From contig JANMQY010000050.1 in assembly GCA_031370785.1 (NCBI GenBank), forward strand, positions 1 to 31,990: DNA of 31,990 bases, written 5' to 3'. The notes below the pieces were generated by a model, which saw only the letters and a program-made list of their open reading frames with translations, was not told the DNA's origin and did not search any database. This DNA is from Candidatus Eiseniibacteriota bacterium. GTDB lineage: Bacteria; Eisenbacteria; RBG-16-71-46. Numbering within the stretch: position 1 is the first letter of the stretch; every line of letters starts with the position of its first letter. Below are positions 1 to 6,697 of this stretch, in pieces. The position numbers and the translations under genes are program-made.

Positions 1-263
1 AGACGGGCGACTCGACCGCGAACGGCGTCGCGCCACGGCCGAGGAGCACGATCGCGGACGGGCACGGAGCCGCCCGGCTGATTCCATCCGCCATGGCGAC
101 CACCGTTAACGCGGTAATCGCGATCCGCGCCCCGCGCAAGAACTGGTCGCAGGCCGGCCAGCCAGCGAAGGCGAGTGCGGAGCGTGAATATTCGTGGAAA
201 AACATGCAAATACTTTAACGACCTCGCCCCCGACGCGTCCACAGCGATCCGGCGTGTCAGAGG

Positions 264-372
264 GTCGCGCCGTTGACCCGCATGCGCACGATAGAGGCCC
301 GGGTGTAACGCGGCGCCGTTCCCCGCGACCCCACCCCACACCAGGTTCCAGCGTCCGGCTGGATAGCGCTCG
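264..372 (-). pseudogene. Degenerate, frameshifted copy of the C-terminal sorting-domain coding sequence of the 1511..3832 gene
   Basis: Aligns by eye to 1545..1655 with 11 substitutions and a 2-nt deletion (about 88% identity). The minus strand reads ERYPAGRWNLVWGGVAGNGAALHPGL then shifts frame to VRMRVNGATL; the intact copy is ERYPAGRWTVAWSGVAGNAAALHPGLYFVRMRVNGATL. Confidence 0.8.
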
Positions 373-553
373 CCAGCAGCGAGGAACGGACTTGGCCCCG
401 GCGGTGACGGGAGAGCGGGCGCATGTACCGCTGATATGAATTGACCTGGCTCCCGGTCACCATCATGAAAGCGGATTCGCCGGGGCCTGGGACTCCCCGG
501 CGATCGCACGCTCCGGCCGGCCGGGCCCGGTGAGGGCCGTCGACCCCGTCCTC

Positions 554-1297
554 TTAGCGGTACAGATTCTTGACTCGTCCCCACGAGCGCGGCATCGCGG
601 GTGTCACCGAGCAGCAGTCGGCGTTCACTCTGAGGTCGAAATCGAATCCCAGGCCTGTGGTCGCGTCACAGTTGTCCGTGATGGTGTCGACGGTCCCGGG
701 CATGACGAAGTACTGTGAACAAGGCGTGCAGCTGAGCATGTTGGCGTACGCGTACTGATCCGCCCCACAGCTCTGGCTCACCATCTCGACCACCAGGAAC
801 GCCTTCCGGGTCAGGCAACATCCGGAGGCGAGCGGCATCAGGTAGTCCTTGGTCACGGACGCGGCGGCTTCCGAGAGCGTGAAGAGCTGGGCCGGGCAGA
901 TCGTTCGCGTGGTGTCCGGGACATCGCAGTTGCCGGTCTGGGTCGCCTCGACCACCGAGACGCGCAGCACCATGGAACAGGCGCTCCGGAACCGCATGCG
1001 GATCACCGCTTCGGTCAGCAATAACCCGCCCGACGAAGCCGGACATTGCGGGCAGGCTGCGGGATCGAGCAACTGGTACATCTTGAGCCGCGACCACGCC
1101 GGACTCAAGAACACGTTGGGGCCCCGGGCCCCGGACTGGCCGATGGTGCAGATCGCGTCCGTCGCAGACGGGGCCTGGACCTGTGCGGGTTCCTTGAATA
1201 TGGAGCCGTGCAGATCGGCGGTTGCGGCTCCGGCGAGGAGTGCCATGGATAGCAGGCTGGAAGCGAAGACGACGCGAGGTGTAGCGTGACGGTTCAT
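554..1297 (-). CDS. Secreted Cys-rich hypothetical protein with C-terminal SWGRVKNLYR tail
   Basis: 247 aa. RBS-like GGGAGAG before the ATG, signal peptide (VVFASSLLSMALLAGAATA), 14 Cys, ends VTPAMPRSWGRVKNLYR*. Confidence 0.85.
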   Translation of the reverse strand: MNRHATPRVVFASSLLSMALLAGAATADLHGSIFKEPAQVQAPSATDAICTIGQSGARGPNVFLSPAWSRLKMYQLLDPAACPQCPASSGGLLLTEAVIRMRFRSACSMVLRVSVVEATQTGNCDVPDTTRTICPAQLFTLSEAAASVTKDYLMPLASGCCLTRKAFLVVEMVSQSCGADQYAYANMLSCTPCSQYFVMPGTVDTITDNCDATTGLGFDFDLRVNADCCSVTPAMPRSWGRVKNLYR

Positions 1298-1510
1298 GAT
1301 CTCTCCCGTACGTTGGTTTTCCTTAAGGAATGGGGGCGCAAGAATGGGACAAGCCGGGAGTGACCTCGGGGGCGGCCGGGCCGGATGGCAGAAGTTGCCG
1401 CCCGCATCCTAGCACCCAACCGTCGTGAAGCAATCCCTCCTTCTTGGCCGTCGACCGACCCGCATTGCCATGACGGTCAGGTCGACCAATACCCGCGCTT
1501 CGGCGCGACG

Positions 1511-3832
1511 CTACTCGATCAGGCTCACGCGCCTTGCGCTCAGCGTCGCGCCGTTGACCCGCATGCGTACGAAATAGAGGCCAGGGTGCAACGCGGCGGC
1601 ATTCCCCGCGACTCCACTCCACGCCACGGTCCAGCGTCCGGCTGGGTAGCGCTCGGGCGCCCCGCGCGCCACCACCCGCCCGGCGACATCGAGCACATCG
1701 AACGCCACCTCCCCGCCCTCATGCAGCGCGAACTCGATCTGTGAGGCGGCGCGCGCGGGATTGGGTGTGATGCCGAGCAATTCGGTGCGCGACGGAATCG
1801 TGGACGGCGCGACCGCCGTCACCGGCGGATTGAGTCCCAATTCGTAGCCGCCGACAACGCCGGGATCGTTGAGAACCACCAGACCCAGCGTCAGGTTTGC
1901 GGGCGCAACGATCGTGGTGTCGTGCCTCACCTCGAACATGGCACTCGAACCCGACTCCCAATAGTCCCCGGTGAAGCTGCGGAAGACCGCGAGCCGATAG
2001 CCGGGAGCAGACGACAGAAAGTGAATCAGGTAGCTCTGTCCCGAAGAGACAATGGCATTCCAGGTCTGGAGCACATCGCCCGCGGCGACCGAACCGATCG
2101 ACACCGGGTCGCCGCTGACGATGGTGTGCGTGGCGGCCGAGCACTCCACCCGGGCGATCGAGCTACCGCTCATCGGAAACGCGCGTGCGAAGAATGGCCC
2201 GGGCGGATTCTTGTGGAAATCAGTGACCACGAAATCCACGCGCGTTGGGGTGTGATCGAAAGATTGTGCCCGCATGTTGTAGAGACAGTCGGGGGTGGCG
2301 TTGACCGGGCCGGTGTCGTATTCCCACACGTCCCAGTCGGTGGCGGCCCGCGCGCCGAATGCGACCCAAGTGAACGCGGTCTGGTTGAACTCGTAGAACT
2401 CGCCCTGGGCAAGCGAGGTGCTCACCGCAACGTTGTTGGCAAGCACTACCGGTGCATGGCAGCTATTCGCCTGGATCGTCATGACGTCGGTGGCGCCATT
2501 TTCGTTCAGCACTGCGAGTCCGTAGTAGCCGGACGCAGGCACGGTGTAGGTCATGGTGCTGGTGGTCACGAATTCCGCCGCACTACGCGCGAGCCACAGG
2601 ATGCTGCCGGTCGGACGGAACAGGAGCATCTTGAGCGCGGCAGGCCCGGAGTGGGTGAGCGAAAAGTCCACGTCCTGCCCAGCCGTGAGGTAAACATCCC
2701 AGATTTGGACCACGTCGCTGGCGTCGGTCGACGCTGTTTCCGGCGGGCCGTTCACGATGATTCCGCTGGGATTGTCGTCGAGGTCGATCGTGGGTGGTCC
2801 CCCGCCAGTGGCAAGGGTCAGCCGGCTGGTCTCGACGTAGTACCGGCTGCCAGGATTGAAGTGGAAGTCTCCGACGATCAGATTGGTGGCGATCTCGTTC
2901 GAGGTCACGAGATTGCCGAAGAAGCAGTCCGGGAACGTGCCCCCGCTCGGACCTGCGGCAACATCCAGCTGATACGCGCTCGTGCCACCACCGCCGCCGC
3001 GAATCGCCACGGTCTCCCAGGACGGGTAGGCGCCGGCGCGGAATTGATAGAAGCCGTATCCGGTCGGCGCGCTCTGCGAAACTCCGCCCACCAGCGTGAC
3101 CGGCGTGTTGCACTGGCCGATCGAGATCGAGTAGGAACCCGACCCTCCGTTGTCGTTCACCACCACGATCGCGTACGAGTCGGTCGTCGGCGGGGAAAAG
3201 TCGAACGATGTCGCGCTCTCGATCAGCGCGGCACTGCGATCCTGCCAGGGCGAGCCTCCGGTATTTCCGAACACCAGCACCCTGGCATTGACGCCGGGGG
3301 TCGCCGCGAAATGGATCCGATAGATCTGGCCGGCGCTGAGCGCGGAATCCCAGACGTGAACGACGTCGCTGGTACCGGTAGCGACGGTCGTGATCTGATC
3401 GTTGAGAAGCAGGTCTCCGCGAGTCGCGTCGAACTCGAGAAACCCGGGCGGCGACGCGGGGCCGAATGCGCGCGTGTAGTAGGTCTGAGGCGGGAGGACG
3501 CGAAAATCCCCCACGACGAAGTTGACTCGCCCCGGCCCGCCGGAAGTCGCAGTGATCGAGCCGGCAACGCATGGCGGAAATGGAAACCAATTCCCGAAGA
3601 GTTCCAGAAGCCAGTTGTTCCCGGGTTGCGAGCGGATCCCGATGGCGCCCCAGTGTCCGGCGCTCGGCGTAAACGAATAGAGCGATGGATTCGCGGTGAC
3701 GGTGAACGTCTGCCCGCTGTTGAGCGGTTGGACGAAGCATTGCGCATCGGCCGTGCCCGCGCTCAGAGTCTGCAGCGCAAGCGCGCACACGGCCACCAAC
3801 TTGCCGAACTGAACTGACGGAGTACGGCTCAT
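1511..3832 (-). CDS. Secreted protein with three ~210-aa beta-rich repeats and a C-terminal T9SS-CTD/FlgD-Ig-like domain
   Basis: Start moved to ATG 3832 (GAGAGGAG RBS upstream), giving 773 aa. Signal peptide ends ADA|Q. C-terminus is PNPARAASQIEFAL...VLDVAGRVV...W...LHPGLYFVRM. Confidence 0.85.
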   Translation of the reverse strand: MSRTPSVQFGKLVAVCALALQTLSAGTADAQCFVQPLNSGQTFTVTANPSLYSFTPSAGHWGAIGIRSQPGNNWLLELFGNWFPFPPCVAGSITATSGGPGRVNFVVGDFRVLPPQTYYTRAFGPASPPGFLEFDATRGDLLLNDQITTVATGTSDVVHVWDSALSAGQIYRIHFAATPGVNARVLVFGNTGGSPWQDRSAALIESATSFDFSPPTTDSYAIVVVNDNGGSGSYSISIGQCNTPVTLVGGVSQSAPTGYGFYQFRAGAYPSWETVAIRGGGGGTSAYQLDVAAGPSGGTFPDCFFGNLVTSNEIATNLIVGDFHFNPGSRYYVETSRLTLATGGGPPTIDLDDNPSGIIVNGPPETASTDASDVVQIWDVYLTAGQDVDFSLTHSGPAALKMLLFRPTGSILWLARSAAEFVTTSTMTYTVPASGYYGLAVLNENGATDVMTIQANSCHAPVVLANNVAVSTSLAQGEFYEFNQTAFTWVAFGARAATDWDVWEYDTGPVNATPDCLYNMRAQSFDHTPTRVDFVVTDFHKNPPGPFFARAFPMSGSSIARVECSAATHTIVSGDPVSIGSVAAGDVLQTWNAIVSSGQSYLIHFLSSAPGYRLAVFRSFTGDYWESGSSAMFEVRHDTTIVAPANLTLGLVVLNDPGVVGGYELGLNPPVTAVAPSTIPSRTELLGITPNPARAASQIEFALHEGGEVAFDVLDVAGRVVARGAPERYPAGRWTVAWSGVAGNAAALHPGLYFVRMRVNGATLSARRVSLIE
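1545..1655. repeat. Intact member of the ~110-bp direct repeat pair (with 264..372)
   Basis: Direct alignment; shared blocks include gtcgcgccgttgacccgcatgcg and tccagcgtccggctgg. Confidence 0.85.
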
Positions 3833-4025
3833 CGAAGCTCCTCTCGAGGCGTGGCAATCCGTGACGAGCATGCGACCGCCGAAGCGTAGCACTCCGGTCG
3901 GGTCGCTTCCTCATTCTCTCGTCCCGATCAATGACGACCGCTTGCGGCAGGAATCACTGCGGATGATCTGCTGACCCTGTGGAAAACAGGGCTCAATTGC
4001 CGCTCGCGCGATTCGACCCCAACAG

Positions 4026-4055
4026 AACGACCACCCCCGGCTGGAGGTGGTCGTT
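4026..4055 (-). terminator. Probable terminator hairpin of the CHRD gene
   Basis: 10-bp inverted repeat AACGACCACC/GGTGGTCGTT about 20 nt after the stop; the U-tail is weak. Confidence 0.55.
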
Positions 4056-4074
4056 GTTGGAAAGTCGCTGTTGC

Positions 4075-4665
4075 CTAGCGGTAGATCGCCTTGATCCGTC
4101 CCCAGGTCGTCTCGGTCGTGGGAGTCGAGGCGGGAACCCAGAATCCGCGGATCTCGCCGCCGGCAGAAGTGCTGGTGTGGATGTTGAGGTAGGCCTTGCC
4201 GTCCGCGATGGCCTGGAACAGGTCCGCCTCCGCCTGAGCCGTTGTCCCGCCGTGGGCGGTCACGTAGCTCGGGTTGTAGCTCGAGGACAGAGTCATGTTC
4301 AACGTAATGTCGTACGTTCCGCTCTTGACCCCGAGCGGGAATCCCGCAAACGTCGGAGTCGTCGTGGCCACACCCGCCGTTCCGGCCCCAGCCACCGCGG
4401 TGGCCGCATGGATATGCGAGGCCGTCGTGTTGCCGGTCAGATTATAGAAGGCCACCTGAAGGCGCATCGTGTGCGCAACGTTGTCTATGTCGACGGTGGC
4501 CGTACCAGCTCCCAGCGACACAACGGGCGGAGACTCATTGGCTCCGCTCAGATTCGTCACGTACTGGAATTGGGCAGCGTGGGCGGAAATGCTCCCAATC
4601 GCAATCGCAGCGACCACGGCGAGAAGTCGGCGCGGACCAAACAGACGGGTTACAAGCATGTTCAC
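4075..4665 (-). CDS. Secreted CHRD-domain protein with C-terminal TWGRIKAIYR tail
   Basis: CHRD motifs LSGANESPP, ASHIH and GKAYLNIHT...GGEIRG. Signal peptide ends AHA|A. GAAAGGAG RBS 8 nt before GTG 4665 (alternative ATG 4659). Confidence 0.9.
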   Translation of the reverse strand: MNMLVTRLFGPRRLLAVVAAIAIGSISAHAAQFQYVTNLSGANESPPVVSLGAGTATVDIDNVAHTMRLQVAFYNLTGNTTASHIHAATAVAGAGTAGVATTTPTFAGFPLGVKSGTYDITLNMTLSSSYNPSYVTAHGGTTAQAEADLFQAIADGKAYLNIHTSTSAGGEIRGFWVPASTPTTETTWGRIKAIYR

Positions 4666-4993
4666 GGGGGACTCTCCTTTCTGAAGCGATGTCCAACCTA
4701 GCGGCGCGAGGTAGGGTTTGCGCGCGATGTCCATTTCGCCGTGCCCAAGGGTACACAAAAATGAGGTTGGTACGGGAGCACATACTGCGGGAAGCATCGC
4801 CAGGGACCACAACCTGACAGCTCCTTGGAAAGCTCAAGGGGTCGCCGGGGCCGTTTGGTCAGGCAAAACACGCCCGCGAAACCCACCGAGGCGGCAGGCT
4901 CTTCGGGGAACCGGATGGGCCTGCTTCGTCTCGGGAGCCATGGCCACCATGATTCCGGCACGCCGCCGGGTGCGGTCGAAAGGGAGAGCCAGG

Positions 4994-5411
4994 ATGAAAA
5001 GGAAATCGGGATTGTGGACAGTGGCGCTGATGATGCTGATCGCCCGTGGTGTCCGTGCAGTGCAGGAGCAACTCGTCGCGAATCGTCAATCCGCTGCCAG
5101 CGGGAATCGACCTCACCGCTGCGCAAAGGGTCGAGATTCAGGACAGCGCCGGGCAGGTCGTACTGAACGGCACCTTCGTGAATCGCAAGGCCCCGCTCGT
5201 GAGCACGGATCCGACCGCGAAGGCGGATGGTCTCGCCGAACTCGAGATCGAGAAGGTGGGCAACGGGCTCAAGCAGGAGATCGAGGCCAAAGTGAAGGAT
5301 TTGCCTGCCGGAGCTAGTTTCAAGCTGGTCGTCGACGGCAAGGAGATCGCCTCCTTCGTGACCAGTAGCGAGGGCAAGCGCGAGATGAAGTTCACTCGCA
5401 CCGATAGCTGA
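4994..5411 (+). pseudogene. Probable lipoprotein gene interrupted by a 1-nt frameshift (or a sequencing error)
   Basis: AGGGAG RBS and ATG 4994 give MKRKSGLWTVALMMLIA. One extra C in GCC-C-GTG (5043-5045) separates this from VVSVQC-RSNSSRIVNP... (ORF 5046..5411). The joined product is 138 aa with a signal peptide ending in Cys. Confidence 0.7.
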
Positions 5412-5437
5412 GGGTCGAGGGGACGCATCGTCCCCGA

Positions 5438-6529
5438 TCAACTATCGGCAGGCTCCGGTACGACGAGCGGCATCTCGACGGTGAAGACACAGCCCTTGCC
5501 GGGGATGTCGCGCAGCGAAATCTTGCCGCCGTCCGCCTCGATCGCCTGGCGGCTGATCACGAGCCCGAGGCCGAGCCCTGCCCGGTCGGAAGATCGTTGC
5601 TCGAACGGTCGGAAGATCGCTTCCGCAGTTCCCGGCAACAAGCCGCCGCATTCGTCTTCGACTTCGATCGAAATGCGATCGCCGGTCGAACGCGTTCTGA
5701 GCCACACGTGGCTGGAGGGCCGGGTGAACTTGAGCGCGTTCTGAAGCAGGTTGGAAATCGCAGAGGCAAAAAGGTGTCGGTCGACGTCGATCATCAGCTG
5801 GCTGTCCGCGCGCTCGACGCTGAACTGAAGGCCCCGATTCGTCGCGTCGATCGCGGCATCGATTTCCATCTCCTCGATGAACTCCGCCACGTGCAGGCGC
5901 TCTCTCTGATGAGTGCCCGAGGCGAGCCGGACCTCCGAGACCGAGCGGCCGATCAGCTCGCGCAGCCCGCGCAGGCTGCGTTCGAGCACCTCGATCGTGC
6001 TTCCAGTCACGCCGACTCTGCCACTCTTCACCGCCTGAAACGCCAGGATCGCGGTGCTGAGGTGATTGCGCAGCTCGTGCGCGAAGAAGCCCTGACGCCT
6101 GACCTCCGCGCCGGAGGCGTCGGCTTCGCGTTGACGCGCATACTCGGTCACCGCGCTCGCAATCGCGTTGTCGAGGCAGCGATTCATGGTGTGGAAATCG
6201 TCGGTGGCGACGGGAATCCGCAGATCGAGGGCCAGCTCGGTGATCGCCTGGCATAGGTCGCCGTAGTCGTGTACGACCTGGGCGATGGAGAAACCCTGGT
6301 GAAGCAGGTCGCTGCCGTGCTGGGCGGCGCTCATGCCCATCTCCGAACCACTCGGACGGGTTTGAGCGGCCTCCTGTTCCAGAATCTGCCCCAACTGCGT
6401 GAGGAAGAGCGGCACTCCGTTCGCGAGCTCATGCGTCGTTGCAAGCGGCGCAGCTCTCGACGCGACCTTCACTCGCGTACGGGTGATGATCTCTTCTCGG
6501 TGCGTTGAAATGAAGTCATGCAGGTTCAT
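5438..6529 (-). CDS. Soluble sensor histidine kinase (RsbRD-N-like domain + HisKA + HATPase_c)
   Basis: H-box FAHELRNHL, N-box NLLQNALKF, EDECGGL, G2 box GLGLGL, GKGCVF. The N-terminal HG...QGFSIAQVVHDYGDL resembles RsbRD-N. No transmembrane segment. Start ATG 6529, 363 aa. Confidence 0.92.
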   Translation of the reverse strand: MNLHDFISTHREEIITRTRVKVASRAAPLATTHELANGVPLFLTQLGQILEQEAAQTRPSGSEMGMSAAQHGSDLLHQGFSIAQVVHDYGDLCQAITELALDLRIPVATDDFHTMNRCLDNAIASAVTEYARQREADASGAEVRRQGFFAHELRNHLSTAILAFQAVKSGRVGVTGSTIEVLERSLRGLRELIGRSVSEVRLASGTHQRERLHVAEFIEEMEIDAAIDATNRGLQFSVERADSQLMIDVDRHLFASAISNLLQNALKFTRPSSHVWLRTRSTGDRISIEVEDECGGLLPGTAEAIFRPFEQRSSDRAGLGLGLVISRQAIEADGGKISLRDIPGKGCVFTVEMPLVVPEPADS

Positions 6530-6555
6530 TTCGCACCCCTTTGAGGTACGACGGC

Positions 6556-6583
6556 ATTCTACGCCCAAACAGAAAACTAGCAA
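6556..6583 (-). promoter_or_regulatory. Putative sigma70-type promoter of the histidine kinase
   Basis: TTGCTA-16 nt-TAGAAT on the minus strand, 26 nt upstream of the ATG and just after the upstream terminator. Confidence 0.5.
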
Positions 6584-6588
6584 TCCCG

Positions 6589-6632
6589 AAAAACACAGGA
6601 CCCCGCGGCGCCATCTTCCGCGGGGTCCTGTG
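6589..6632 (-). terminator. Rho-independent terminator of the beta-propeller gene
   Basis: Perfect 15-bp stem CACAGGACCCCGCGG/CCGCGGGGTCCTGTG, 9-nt loop, followed by GTTTTT on the minus strand. Confidence 0.85.
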
Positions 6633-6697
6633 CTACGAGCGTGTTCTGAACGACTTACACGAGGCCTTCCAGTTTGCCCTACAAGAGCCGGCCTGAA

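Noticed and set aside
1..94. Start of a minus-strand gene running off the left edge (MADGISRAAP...)
   Set aside because: Only 31 codons, with no clear RBS or recognisable motif.
264..1655. Diversity-generating retroelement (TR/VR pair at the 3' end of a gene)
   Set aside because: The 11 mismatches are not adenine-specific on either strand, there is a 2-nt indel, and no reverse transcriptase is present in the window.
5040..5050. Programmed frameshift or phase-variable tract
   Set aside because: Only a C3 run, with no slippery heptamer or evident stimulatory structure.
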